A stretch of DNA of 64,000 nt from an uncultured cyanobacterium (GCA_963803805.1 CAWDOD010000004.1:64001-128000); one strand, 5' to 3'; shown: positions 40,718 through 51,837, counted from the stretch's first letter. Program-made: numbers and translations. The notes: generated from the sequence alone by a model not told the origin.

Positions 40718-43222
40718 ATGCAATTAGATAAAACCATTCCTAGTAAACTTCGGAAATCAGAACGTAACTTTAGTACATATACCAAAGAGTCTATTTTGAT
40801 GATTGGAAGTATTCAATCCCAAGGAGTACTTTTAGTCTTACAAGAACCCGAACTTGAAATCTTACAAGTCAGTAATAATACTTTTGAGTATTTAGGCTTT
40901 CATCCCAAAAAGTTACTAAATAAAAAGCTCGATATTCTCTTTCGTCCTTCTCAAATAGAAAGCCTAAAGAATTATTTATCCCAAGTTGATTTGCAAACTA
41001 TCAACCCGATTAAATTATCTTTAAAAGTAGCTGGTAAGTTTGTTTTGTTCGATGGCATTTTACATCGCTCAGATAGAAAACTGATTTTAGAGCTAGAACC
41101 AACTAATTCTAAAACTGTAGTTACTTTTATTGATTTCTACTATTTAATTAAGCTAGCTATTACTAAACTCAGTCGGGCTAGTCATATTCAGGAACTCTGT
41201 CAGATTGCTGCTATAGAAGTACGCAAGTTAACTAAATTTGACCGTGTTATGGTCTATAAAATTGAAGATGATGGTAGTGGAAAAGTCCTCGCAGAATCCA
41301 AGAATGGGCAACTAAGCTCCTTTTTTGGTTTGCACTTTCCTAGTTGGGAAATACCCCAAACAACTCAAGAGATAGCTGTCAAAAATAAATTGAGATTAAT
41401 TGCAGACATTAATAGTTTACCAGTAGCAATTATTCCCGAATGCCATCCTATAGACCAAACTCCTTTAAATTTAAGTTTATCTGTATTAAGGAGTACTCCA
41501 GAATGCCATAGAGAATACCTTAAGAATATGGGGGTAGCTTCTTCAGTAACAATATCCTTAGTTAAAGAGGAAAAGCTCTGGGGCATAATTGCCTGTCACA
41601 ACTATACTCCTAAATTTGTTTCCTACGAAGTACGTGCAGCTTGTGAATTTTTTGCTCAATCCATGTCTTTAGAATTAACCAATAAAGAGCAAAATGAAGA
41701 TTATGATTATAAAATAAAGCTCAAATATATCCAAGCTGAATTGCTCTCTTTAATGTCCCAGGAAGGCGACTTTGTAGAAGGTTTGGTTAAGTACAAGCCT
41801 AACCTACTTGATTTAGTTAATGCTACAGGAGCAGCTATTTGTTTGGGAGAAAGTTGTAATTTTGTTGGAAAAACTCCAAATCTAGAAGAGACTAGAGATT
41901 TAGTTACTTGGTTAGAAAAAAACAATCATTTTGATAGTATTTTTCAGACTGATTCCTTGGCAAAGTTAGAACCGAAAACTTCAATTATAAAAAGTGTTGC
42001 TAGCGGTGTGCTAGCCATAGCAATTTCTAAAACCCAAAGAAAATATATTCTCTGGTTTAGAGCAGAACAGTTACAAACAGTACAATGGGCAGGGAAACCA
42101 GAGCAAGAGTTCAAAATTGATAAAGAAGGACAACTCATTTCTTGTCCTCGTAAATCCTTTGCTGACTGGGAAGAAACAGTTAAATTAAAATCTTTACCTT
42201 GGAAACCTTGTGAAATAGAAGCTGCCTTAGTCCTAAAAAAATCAATTATTAGAATTGTTCTGCGTGCAGCAGACGAGTTAGCACAATTAAATGAAGCTCT
42301 GCGTCATTCTGAAACAAGAGAAAGAGATAAAGCTAACAAACTAGAGGGAGCATTAAAGAAACTCCAGTATACCCAAGCACAGCTTATTCAAAATGAAAAG
42401 ATGTCTAGCTTGGGACAATTGGTAGCAGGCATAGCTCACGAAATCAATAATCCTGTTAGCTTTATTTATGGTAATTTAGCCCATGCTGAGGAATATGCGA
42501 GAAACTTGCTTAGTTTAGTTAATCTTTATAATCATTACTATCCTATACCGGAAGCAGAAATACAACAAAAGATAGAAGAAATAGATTGGGAATTTATAGC
42601 TAGAGATTTACCTAAACTTATTGATTCTATGAAGTTAGGAACCAACCGTATTCGAGATATTGTTCAATCTCTACGCAATTTTTCCCGTACTAATGAAGCC
42701 GAAAGGAAACCAGTAGATATTCATAACGGTATTGATAGTACTATACTTATCCTTGGCAATCGTATCAAAGCTAGCGCTGAACGTCCCCAGATTATTATTA
42801 ACAAAAACTATGGGGATTTCCCTCAGTTGGAGTGCAATTTGGGGCAGCTAAATCAGGTATTTATGAATATTTTAGCTAATAGTATTGATGCCCTAGAAGA
42901 GAATAATCAAGGTCGCTCTTATCAGGAAATCGAAGCAAACCCTAATATTATAAATATCACTACTAAACAAAAAGATAAATCTATTATTATCAGCATTAGT
43001 GATAATGGACTTGGTATTTCAGAAGATGTCCAGTCTCGAATTTTTGATCCTTTCTTTACTACTAAACCTGTAGGTAAAGGTACAGGTTTAGGTTTATCTA
43101 TTAGCTATCAAATTATTGTAGACAAACACAAAGGGAAACTTAGTTGCCATTCTCTACCCCAAAAAGGTACTGAGTTTGTTATAGAAATTCCCCTTGAAGT
43201 GAGTAAGCTGTCAGGCATTTAA
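40718..43222 (+). CDS. Cph1-like phytochrome sensor histidine kinase (PAS-GAF-PHY-HisKA-HATPase)
   Basis: [67 protein letters not shown]. Confidence 0.92.
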   Translation: MQLDKTIPSKLRKSERNFSTYTKESILMIGSIQSQGVLLVLQEPELEILQVSNNTFEYLGFHPKKLLNKKLDILFRPSQIESLKNYLSQVDLQTINPIKLSLKVAGKFVLFDGILHRSDRKLILELEPTNSKTVVTFIDFYYLIKLAITKLSRASHIQELCQIAAIEVRKLTKFDRVMVYKIEDDGSGKVLAESKNGQLSSFFGLHFPSWEIPQTTQEIAVKNKLRLIADINSLPVAIIPECHPIDQTPLNLSLSVLRSTPECHREYLKNMGVASSVTISLVKEEKLWGIIACHNYTPKFVSYEVRAACEFFAQSMSLELTNKEQNEDYDYKIKLKYIQAELLSLMSQEGDFVEGLVKYKPNLLDLVNATGAAICLGESCNFVGKTPNLEETRDLVTWLEKNNHFDSIFQTDSLAKLEPKTSIIKSVASGVLAIAISKTQRKYILWFRAEQLQTVQWAGKPEQEFKIDKEGQLISCPRKSFADWEETVKLKSLPWKPCEIEAALVLKKSIIRIVLRAADELAQLNEALRHSETRERDKANKLEGALKKLQYTQAQLIQNEKMSSLGQLVAGIAHEINNPVSFIYGNLAHAEEYARNLLSLVNLYNHYYPIPEAEIQQKIEEIDWEFIARDLPKLIDSMKLGTNRIRDIVQSLRNFSRTNEAERKPVDIHNGIDSTILILGNRIKASAERPQIIINKNYGDFPQLECNLGQLNQVFMNILANSIDALEENNQGRSYQEIEANPNIINITTKQKDKSIIISISDNGLGISEDVQSRIFDPFFTTKPVGKGTGLGLSISYQIIVDKHKGKLSCHSLPQKGTEFVIEIPLEVSKLSGI

Positions 43223-43330
43223 TTTACTTATTAGGTTTGATGAGGAGATAGGGAGATAGGGAAATGGGGGGAGGGTTTTAGGGCTTATTTCCTAGTTGAG
43301 TAATACACAGTTTAAATGCACATCAGCTTA
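43204..43330 (+). mobile_element. Complete 127-bp MITE-like element
   Basis: Terminal inverted repeats TAAGCTGTCAGGCATTTAA and TTAAATGCACATCAGCTTA; related copies at 11600, 26722 and 23489. Confidence 0.78.
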
Positions 43331-43405
43331 ATAAGTAAGGAACATAATGTTCCCTGACCCTATAAGCCTAGGCAGTGTAGCTCCGACACAACTAAAAAAA
43401 CGGTA

Positions 43406-43861
43406 TTATGCTATAGTATTTTTGCCTTCAAGATAATCTTTAATTTGATGATTGTGGTCGTAGGACAAATCATTAATGGGGATGGTTTCACGAGTGAAAA
43501 TTTGCACTTCTGTTACTTCTAATTCGTCTTGTACATTAATAGTTCCTTGGACTTTTGCTTCTACTAGAAGACAAATTGAATGAATTCTCGGATCTCGATT
43601 CATATCTGAGTAAACTCCTATTAAGCGCCCCATAGTTATTAACTCTAAACCTGTCTCTTCTTTTAACTCCCGCTTGACAGTTGTAGAAATATTTTCTCCC
43701 CAATCAACAAAGCCTCCAGGTATAGACCATTTACCCGTATCTCTGCGCCGAATAAGGACAATATTTCCATCCGGTAAAACAGGAATGATACTGACACCAG
43801 TGAGGGGATGGCGAAAGATAATACCGAGGATTGTTTTGAGATATTGCCACAAAAGACCCAT
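43406..43861 (-). CDS. NUDIX hydrolase
   Basis: WSIPGGFVDWGE...RELKEETGL Nudix box; RDPR. Confidence 0.93.
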   Translation of the reverse strand: MGLLWQYLKTILGIIFRHPLTGVSIIPVLPDGNIVLIRRRDTGKWSIPGGFVDWGENISTTVKRELKEETGLELITMGRLIGVYSDMNRDPRIHSICLLVEAKVQGTINVQDELEVTEVQIFTRETIPINDLSYDHNHQIKDYLEGKNTIA

Positions 43862-43979
43862 AGACTGTCTGTAGACCTGCTTTATGAAGCTAAATTTAGG
43901 CTCTTACTTAGGAAGGACAACCAGACAAAAGGCAATGCTTAAGATAATGCTTGTGATCGCCTTATATTTCCTATTTTAT

Positions 43980-44011
43980 CAAAAAAACTCCTACTAAAGA
44001 GGTAGGAGTTT
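43980..44011 (-). terminator. Rho-independent terminator of the 44106-44306 gene
   Basis: Minus strand AAAACTCCTAC-loop-GTAGGAG followed by a T tract. Confidence 0.7.
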
Positions 44012-44105
44012 TGCTGATTTACTCTGTTACCTTAAAATTGATAAAAAGCTATTTTTTTTAAAATTCAAAACTCATACCTTAGCCAATTTTCAAGAAGCAG
44101 TAAGC

Positions 44106-44306
44106 TTATTTTGGTTGCATTGTCCTTAGTTCTTGCATAAGAAACTCTATCTCCGCTTCTAGAGATAAGTATTTAACTTGTTGGTCGGCTTGATAAGGAG
44201 ATTTCCGCTCTAAACTACTGTTGTTGATAGTTCCTAAGCTTTTAGTGTCCCAGGTATCTTTAACAGTGTTTTGTGAAGGATTTGTGCTAGGTAATTTAAT
44301 TGACAT
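44106..44306 (-). CDS. Small hypothetical protein
   Basis: 66 aa, YQADQQVKYLSLEAEIEFLMQEL helix; followed by a terminator. Confidence 0.65.
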   Translation of the reverse strand: MSIKLPSTNPSQNTVKDTWDTKSLGTINNSSLERKSPYQADQQVKYLSLEAEIEFLMQELRTMQPK

Positions 44307-44756
44307 TAATCGTTAGGATAATTATAAGAATTTTCACACCACTGGGAATTGTAGCTTGAATAGGAAACTTATTTGTATCTATTGTGGCGATTTTCAAATT
44401 GGCGAATAATTGTAGCATTTGTTTGACAAATAATACTTAAAAGGAGAAATAACAACTTGATTTTCAAGAAATATGCCGATACAATTGCTACGGAGTAAGG
44501 GTTTGCAAAGATTTTTTCCTTTCTAAAAATTCGTCTGATTTTTCTTTGATTAATTAATATATAGGGTAACTTGCAGAGTGACTGATTGGAAAAAACTATT
44601 TTATTAATAGTTTCAATAGATAATGTTTGATTATTCACCCTTGAATTCTTTTAAAATCCTTATATTACTTAGTTTAATCTCTGTAATAGCCCTAGTTTAT
44701 TATCTAACAAGCCTCACTCAATCTCTTCCGGTTCGAGACAGCCCTATAAGATTCAT

Positions 44757-46112
44757 TTAGTCTCCATTATCATCAGCAGGAATCATGACAGTAAAAGTTG
44801 TTCCTTCATTAATTACGCTGGTGACAGAAATTTTTCCTTGATGATTTTCCACAATTGCTTTGGCGATCGCTAAACCTAATCCAGCAGAAGTTACTTCCCC
44901 ATTAGTTTGTTGGTGAGGGCGGGCAGGATCAAGGCGATAAAAACGATCAAAGAGATGAGGTAAAGCAGACTCAGGAATACCTATGCCATTATCTTTGATT
45001 TCAACTTGTAAATACTCGTGGCGATCGCGCTTTGTTCCTTTTAATTCTACTTCAATGGAGGCTTGGGAAACAGAGGAACTGTTGTATTCTAAAGCATTGC
45101 TGATTAAGTTGGTAAATAAACGGGCTAATTGATCCCAATCTCCTTTGAGGGTGAAAATATCATCTTCAAGACTTTTATCCGGGGGTTCTACTAAGTGAAG
45201 AGAGAGAAAAATACTTTTTTGTTCGGCAACAATTCTTTGTTCTTCAATCACCTCAATTAATAAAGCATCTAAGGGCAGAGGTTGCAGATTTGCTTGTACT
45301 ATACCACTGTCAGAACGAGCTAGGAAAAGGAGATCATTAACTAAATTCCCTAAACGCTTCGTTAACCTTTCTACTACCTGGAGTTGCCTTTGCAGCAATT
45401 GTGGTTCGGCTTCAGGATAATTCAGGGCCATTTGTACGTTAGTTTGAATCATTGCAATGGGGTTACGCAGTTCATGGGAAGCGTCGGCAGTGAACTGTTT
45501 TAAGCTTTGATAGGAATCCTTAACAGGTTTCATTGCTATACCAGAAAGGAACCAACCCATAGCAGCGACGCAACCAATGGTAAAAATTGTCCCTAAAGTT
45601 AAATCAAAAATGAGTTGGCGAATAGGTTTGGTAACTTCAAACCAAGGATGACTAACCCGCAAATAACCTAAAATGAAGTGGCTGCGAGAGTTACTGGCAA
45701 CTAGACGCTGGAGATCAACTCTTTGTGTAAACTGTCGCAGGAGGTGATCGGCAACGGTTTCTCCTACCCGTTTAGGATTTAAGGGAATATCAAGGGGTTC
45801 ACCAAAGGTAGACCAAAGTAATTTACCATTAGGGCTAAACCATTCAATATCAATGTGATCGTCTTCTAAAACTCTGCCATTGTCCCGAAAGCTAGCTTCT
45901 AAGTTAACTCTGTAACCTGATGCTGTATCGGATGTAGGTTCAATAACTAGCGATCGCTCTACTACTTCTACTACGTGTTTGAGGGTGTCGTCAATGCGTT
46001 CAATTAAGGTAGTGCGAACGTAAAAGTAAAACCCTGTAGCAAAAACTAAAAGCAGTACCCCAGTAAGGATAGTATACCAAAGGGCTAAACGGTAACGAGT
46101 TGTTTGGAACAT
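44757..46112 (-). CDS. Membrane sensor histidine kinase (possibly ManS/Hik27-like, not confirmed)
   Basis: Two TM segments; FTADASHELRNP; LFTNLISNA; DNGIGIP; FDRFYR; GLGLAIAK. Confidence 0.9.
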   Translation of the reverse strand: MFQTTRYRLALWYTILTGVLLLVFATGFYFYVRTTLIERIDDTLKHVVEVVERSLVIEPTSDTASGYRVNLEASFRDNGRVLEDDHIDIEWFSPNGKLLWSTFGEPLDIPLNPKRVGETVADHLLRQFTQRVDLQRLVASNSRSHFILGYLRVSHPWFEVTKPIRQLIFDLTLGTIFTIGCVAAMGWFLSGIAMKPVKDSYQSLKQFTADASHELRNPIAMIQTNVQMALNYPEAEPQLLQRQLQVVERLTKRLGNLVNDLLFLARSDSGIVQANLQPLPLDALLIEVIEEQRIVAEQKSIFLSLHLVEPPDKSLEDDIFTLKGDWDQLARLFTNLISNALEYNSSSVSQASIEVELKGTKRDRHEYLQVEIKDNGIGIPESALPHLFDRFYRLDPARPHQQTNGEVTSAGLGLAIAKAIVENHQGKISVTSVINEGTTFTVMIPADDNGD

Positions 46113-46133
46113 TCAAAAAACCGTTTTTAATGA

Positions 46134-46170
46134 CGCACCTTTTTCACCGTATACATAATATTATGTCAAG
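46134..46170. repeat. 37-bp dispersed element, copy 2
   Basis: CGCACCTTTTTCACCGTATACATAATATTATGTCAAG; contains the palindrome ACATAATATTATGT. Confidence 0.8.
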
Positions 46171-46585
46171 TCAGAAAAAAGCAAATAGAGAACAAGAATA
46201 ATTTCCAAAATTCCTCTAGCTGAAAATGTGGAATTTGTCAAAAAAAGTTTGAAAACTACTCCAAAATTTGTGCATCCAAACATCTTTAATGACCGGGATT
46301 TTGAAGATAAAAATGAGTAAAACCATCGGTCTGTCTGGCTTGTAGAGATTAGGTTTTGATTTTGGATATAAGGGGAGGAGTATGATTTTCTGATTTTTCT
46401 ATTAAACCACGTAAATGCGTCTTTTGAAACAACTTTCTCCTCTTGACAAATTTTTAGTTGAAGTTATGTAAATTCAAAAGATTTAATGGCCAACCGAACT
46501 TAAGTAAGTCAAAGCTTATAATACCTACCCCGTCCTTAGCTTTCTTACTCTGCTTTAACTGTCTAACCTAATTGTAGATAATTCC

Positions 46586-47164
46586 TCAATCATTACTAAG
46601 GTCAAATTTCACCTTGCGATAAAGTTCTTTAACAGTTAAAGAAAACCCGATACTTGTCAAATTCAAAGTATCCTCAGCTTCATAAGAACGTAACACCCAT
46701 AAACCCTCTTCGTTGCGGCGAAAACATTCTACTCTTATTTCATCTGATTGAATTAAAACGTATTCTTTTAAAGTAGTTAATTGGCGATAGCGAGTAAACT
46801 TTTTCCCTCTATCCATTGCTTCAGTAGAAGGAGAAAGCACTTCCACAATTAAGCAAGGATACTGCACTAAATCATTTGATTCCTTGTCCCTAGCATCACA
46901 AGTTACCATCACATCAGGATAATGATATGGTCCAGAAGGAGAGATTTGTACCTTCACATCTGCTATATAAATATCGCAATCTTTTTCTGCTAAAAAACTA
47001 TTTAAAGCTGTTGCCAAATTTAAAGCAATGCGGTTGTGAGGTTTTGTCCCGCCAGTCATAGCAAAAACTTCACCATCAATATATTCGTAACGAAGTTCTT
47101 TGCTTTTTTCCCACTCCAGATAATCTTGAGGAGTCATAGCGGGAGATTTGAAATTAGCGACCAT
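46586..47164 (-). CDS. Uma2 family PD-(D/E)XK protein (ATG 47164 preferred)
   Basis: RYEYIDGEVFAMTGGT..HNRI, YPDVMVTCD, LIVEVLSPSTEAMDRGKKF. Confidence 0.92.
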   Translation of the reverse strand: MVANFKSPAMTPQDYLEWEKSKELRYEYIDGEVFAMTGGTKPHNRIALNLATALNSFLAEKDCDIYIADVKVQISPSGPYHYPDVMVTCDARDKESNDLVQYPCLIVEVLSPSTEAMDRGKKFTRYRQLTTLKEYVLIQSDEIRVECFRRNEEGLWVLRSYEAEDTLNLTSIGFSLTVKELYRKVKFDLSND

Positions 47165-47360
47165 TACTTTCTTGCTTTTTTTCCTGTTATCTAACTCAAT
47201 TTTAGGCAATTACCTATTAGCGATCGCCAATCTTCACCAATCGAAAGAGAAGTTTCCTAACCAATACCAAATTCGGTTCATATCGACCGAACAAAGTTGT
47301 CAAACCCCAGTTCCCTAGCTCCCTACCCTAACAAATAACTCATACAACAAAGGTATAACA

Positions 47361-48632
47361 TCACGACCATTGGCGAAAAATTCCGAAGGCGGAAGTATAA
47401 CCATGAAGAAAAGTGCTTCCTCCCACAGGACCAATTTCACCATTGCAGAAAAAACCACTTAACTGCACATCTTTGAGATAACTGCGTAATAAACTAGAAT
47501 CAAAATTAGGTTTGCCATAAAGTCTTTCTCCGCGACCTAAACAAGCAAACATCAAAACCCCAGCCCCAAAAGATTGCTCCCCACTTTGTTGTTGTTGTTG
47601 ATAATTCTTAAGCAGCTTTTCTAAATCTTCAGCCGATGTTTGGGAATCTCTTAAATGAAATTGAATACGTTGTCCTGGACGAACACGATCGCCGATGGCA
47701 ACTGCCCCAACACGGGGATCTACTCCTACCAAGTTGCGGATCAAAAAATCCCTTTGTCCTAAATTAAGTTTAAACTCATCCCTGATAACTCCTACAAAAA
47801 GAGAGTTTTGTGCCAACTGTCGATCAGACTCACTTAAATTATTAATTAACTCTCTGAGCAACTCTAAAGGGGGATGTGGGGTACAATCAGTAGCCATTTG
47901 GCTATTATTCGTATCAGCCATTTCCAGGATAACATTGCGTTCTCCTTTCGTTATTTGATACAAAGGGCCGATGGAACGACAGCCTTGTGCAACAATGGTT
48001 TCGACAGTAATCTTCCCACTTAAAGCAACTCCTACCGTACCTTGCTGGTGAAAAAAGTTGTTAGGATGGGTTGAAGAGTAACAAAACAAACCATTGGGAA
48101 CTCCAACTGTCCCGGCACTAGCCAGTCCTCCTATTTTAATAGAACCAGGATAAGCAAAATCCAATCCTTCCAACAAATCATTAATATTAGAAGAAAAAGG
48201 GTCAGCTAATAAAATAAATTGCGGTTGTTTTTGAGGAGAAACGCCTATGATGTCTACCCAACTTTGGGGGGAACTATCCGAATCTGGTAAATCATCTCCT
48301 AAAACCTGAAAAGGCTTAATCTCTACCCCAGGTAAGCAAGCTACGCTAAGACTCAAAGCACAATTATCTTCAACCTCAACAGCTTCCCCCTGGCTATCCA
48401 TACCAATAATGCCTGCACCACCACAACCAATTAATACAGATAAAGGCAACTCTGCTTGTAAAAGAGGAACCAACCTAGGATATTCACTGGCATAAGCTGA
48501 GGAAATAAACACGATCCCCAACTCAGGAGGCTCAAACACCGACTGCCTGATCCTAGTTGTCACCTCCTTGACTGCTGCTTCCAAGGAAGGAAGAGTTGAT
48601 AAAGCATTTTTCCACTGGAATTGGTTAGCCAT
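47361..48632 (-). CDS. FIST N/C domain protein
   Basis: LIGCGGAGII, IGGLAS, VAQGCRSIG, FLIRNLVGVD, FACLGRG, GFFCNGEIGPVGG. Confidence 0.9.
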   Translation of the reverse strand: MANQFQWKNALSTLPSLEAAVKEVTTRIRQSVFEPPELGIVFISSAYASEYPRLVPLLQAELPLSVLIGCGGAGIIGMDSQGEAVEVEDNCALSLSVACLPGVEIKPFQVLGDDLPDSDSSPQSWVDIIGVSPQKQPQFILLADPFSSNINDLLEGLDFAYPGSIKIGGLASAGTVGVPNGLFCYSSTHPNNFFHQQGTVGVALSGKITVETIVAQGCRSIGPLYQITKGERNVILEMADTNNSQMATDCTPHPPLELLRELINNLSESDRQLAQNSLFVGVIRDEFKLNLGQRDFLIRNLVGVDPRVGAVAIGDRVRPGQRIQFHLRDSQTSAEDLEKLLKNYQQQQQSGEQSFGAGVLMFACLGRGERLYGKPNFDSSLLRSYLKDVQLSGFFCNGEIGPVGGSTFLHGYTSAFGIFRQWS

Positions 48633-48853
48633 CGCTTTTGGGGATTGATTATTGTGCTTTTGGTACTTTAATAGATACAGTAATTCAAGCTTGCTTAAAT
48701 CTTAAAAGATTGGGAGCAATCTGAGGGAAAAATCCTCTCTAGATGTTATGTCTTAAAATTAAAGATGTTTGCAGTTTCATCTTGAGCAACGCAAACAATA
48801 CCGCTTGTCAAAGCTTCGTATAGTAAAAAAACAACTCGCAAAAAAAAGGAAAC

Positions 48854-49078
48854 ATGAGTAATAACATACAAGAACAAATCGAAAAAGAACGCCAGCAAGC
48901 CCGTGAAGCCTGTTCTGTTGATTCAGATTCTAGTGATTGTGCTGCTGCTTGGGATGCTGTAGAAGAATTACAAGCAGAAGCTGCCCACCAAAAATCTTCT
49001 GGCCCGAAAAAAAACTCCTTAGAACAATACTGTGATGATAATCCAGATGCGGCTGAGTGCAGAATCTATGATGATTAA
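48854..49078 (+). CDS. cp12: Calvin cycle regulator CP12
   Basis: CAAAWDAVEELQAE and YCDDNPDAAECRIYDD; both Cys pairs present. Confidence 0.95.
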   Translation: MSNNIQEQIEKERQQAREACSVDSDSSDCAAAWDAVEELQAEAAHQKSSGPKKNSLEQYCDDNPDAAECRIYDD

Positions 49079-49239
49079 AGCTTAGGCCCACATAAAAATA
49101 AATTGGGAATAAGAAAGTATAAGATATAAAAGTTCAGTTTTAGTAGCTAAAAAGGCTTCTGGCTTATTTTTATGCCACCTAAACTCTATAGCTCTTAACT
49201 TTACTACCAAATCTTATTCCCTTTCTTTGTACAAGATCC

Positions 49240-49839
49240 ATGCCCGATGATATGTGGTTTCAACCCTTAGTCTGGACAGACTACAAATTAGCCGTAATTT
49301 TTACTGTATTATTGCCCATAATTCTATCAATCTGGGCCTTCGTAAAAAAAGCTGAGGGTGTTCAGCGACTGTTAATAATCTACTGGCGTGTTGCTAGTTT
49401 ACTGATGATTACAGTTTATCTTTTGATTCCTAGCTGGGCTATTGGCTTTGTTACAGGCTGGTTTGCTAGGGTTTTAATTCCCATCTCTCTCTGGTTTTGG
49501 GCCGATCTTAACGAAGAAATTGCTGATCAGCCCCAGCGCTTCCTTAAGTTAGCAGTAACTTCCTGGCGCTGGGCAGTTACTATTTACTGTCTTTTAGGAC
49601 TCATAGTGACAACACCTTCTTTACAATGTGCCTTATTTCCCCAAGCAAAAATTACGAGTTCTTTTTGTCGGGCTTGGTTAGAAGCACCTTGGGGTTACAG
49701 AAATTTGTTTCACGGTGGCTCTAGTCCCGGTTTTCTAGGCTTTATGGGGGTAGTAGCGCTTTGTATTTATATAATTTATTTAGCCTACTTTGTTCTCATT
49801 AGATTGGCTAAACAAGGTCGATCAGCGATGGAACAGTAA
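49240..49839 (+). CDS. DUF3177-like cyanobacterial membrane protein
   Basis: LVWTDYKLAV, IYWRVASLLMIT, SLWFWADLNEEI. Confidence 0.78.
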   Translation: MPDDMWFQPLVWTDYKLAVIFTVLLPIILSIWAFVKKAEGVQRLLIIYWRVASLLMITVYLLIPSWAIGFVTGWFARVLIPISLWFWADLNEEIADQPQRFLKLAVTSWRWAVTIYCLLGLIVTTPSLQCALFPQAKITSSFCRAWLEAPWGYRNLFHGGSSPGFLGFMGVVALCIYIIYLAYFVLIRLAKQGRSAMEQ

Positions 49840-49912
49840 GAAAGGTTGCTAGTTGCTAATGGCTAGTTGCTAGTTGTTATGGGGAAACAGTATTTTTACT
49901 TGTTACTTGCTC

Positions 49913-50209
49913 ATGAACAATAAGGGCAAACGCTTGGAAGCTTATACAATTAAATGTCCTGGTGAAGTATTGATTGTTACAGCAAAAATCGCTGCAAAAG
50001 AAGACTGTATTATCATTTTCAAGGGCTTTTCTAGCTCCTTAATGTACACAACGGCATTTGATCCTGATGTTCCTTTGCTGCCGGAAGAATCTGAAATTAT
50101 CACAGTTGATCGAGTTCAAAGTCCTTATAACCCAGAAGTAGTTCGTTATATTCAACAAGGACTTGATTGGCAGGAAATGGAAAGCTTATTGGCAGCAGTA
50201 GGAGTATGA
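49913..50209 (+). CDS. Hypothetical protein (ATG 49913 preferred)
   Basis: IFKGFSSSLMYTTAFDPDVPLLP...SPYNP. Confidence 0.7.
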   Translation: MNNKGKRLEAYTIKCPGEVLIVTAKIAAKEDCIIIFKGFSSSLMYTTAFDPDVPLLPEESEIITVDRVQSPYNPEVVRYIQQGLDWQEMESLLAAVGV

Positions 50210-50366
50210 CGGAGTTAATATTGCCCCGGATGTTTCACTCGCTATTGTGTAAATAATTAAAATGGGTGCATCAGTAAAACAGTAGAGGTAAACAATTTCT
50301 GAGATTATGAAGGAAAATGTTATCCTCCACTGTGAAAGTGTGTTGTGTGAGGAATTTAATTAAATT

Positions 50367-51837
50367 ATGGTTACATCTCCTACCCGTTTTCAGCGAGTAA
50401 ATCGCTTCGATGTGCAGCAAAAGTATGCTGATTCTCTGCCTAGAGTAACTAATCATTTCTCTAATTTAGGGAGTTTACCCAAAGGCTCATTATTTGGCAC
50501 AGATGGTATCCGAGGGAAGGCAGGAGAGCTATTAAATGCTCCTTTAGCCCTGCAAGTTGGTTTTTGGGCTGGACAGGTTTTGAAGGCGGCTACAGAGGAA
50601 TCTGGCCCAGTTATTGTCGGTCAAGATTCCCGTAACTCCAGTGATATGCTAGCTATGTCTTTGGCTGCTGGCTTAACCTCAGCAGGTGTGGAAGTTTGGC
50701 ATCTTGGTTTATGCCCAACTCCTTGTGTTGCTTACTTAACCAGCATCACAGAAGCGATCGGAGGCATTATGATCTCTGCTAGCCATAATCCTCCCCAGGA
50801 TAATGGTATCAAGTTTTTTAATGCTAAGGGAACTAAGTTATCCGCCGCCGCTAACCAAGAAATTGAAGCCGGGTTGCGGGGTACGAATGGGGAAGCAGAT
50901 TTGTCCTTAAGTTGGGGAAAGCGTTATGAACGTCCGGCTTTACTTGCCCACTATATTGAGTCTTTGCAACAATCCTTACCGCCTCAACAAAGTTTGTTGG
51001 GAATGCGCGTTGTCTTAGATTTGGCTTGGGGGGCTTCTGTAGCCCTTGCGCCGACGGTATTTGAAGCGATGGGAGCAGAAGTAATTTGCTTACATGAACA
51101 ACCAGACGGCGATCGCATTAATGTTAATTGTGGCTCAACTCACTTAGATATTTTGCAACAAGCTGTGGTTCATCATCAAGCAGATTTAGGCTTCGCTTTT
51201 GATGGGGACGCAGATCGAGTTATGGCAGTGGATAATCAAGGTAGGGCGGTAGACGGAGACTATATCCTTTATCTTTGGGGTAAGGACCTTAAAAGAAAAA
51301 GGAGAACTACCTAATAACTTACTTATCGCCACCGTTATGGCTAACTTGGGCTTTGAAAAAGCTTGGGCTATGTTAGGGGGAGAGATGCTTCGGACTCAAG
51401 TTGGAGACAAGCACGTTCAAGCCGAAATGTTTAATACAGGGGCCATGTTAGGGGGAGAACAATCTGGTCATGTGATTTGTCACCACTACAGTTATTCTGG
51501 AGATGGAGTACAAACAGCACTACATCTTGCTTCGGTGGTTAAGCAATCAGAAGTTTCTTTAGCTGAATTAGTTGATAATAGCTTCCAAACCTATCCCCAA
51601 CTACTACGCAACGTGCGAGTAGAAAACCGCGATCGCCGTCTCAACTGGCAAGATTGCCAACCAGTACAAAGAGCGATCGCCCATGCAGAAAGAGAAATGG
51701 CAGATCAAGGTAGGATCTTAGTTCGTGCTTCAGGAACCGAACCAGTAATTAGGGTTATGGTAGAAGCTGTTGACGCGGCGATCGCCTGTCATTGGAGTGA
51801 ACAATTAGTTTTAGAAGTACAGAAGTATCTGGCTTAG
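50367..51837 (+). CDS. glmM: Phosphoglucosamine mutase with a +1 frameshift at ~51291; about 489 aa when joined
   Basis: [23 protein letters not shown], then [22 protein letters not shown] in the second frame. Confidence 0.92.

Noticed and set aside
44369-44638. 89-aa ORF
   Set aside because: AT-rich low-complexity translation; more likely the upstream region of the 66-aa gene
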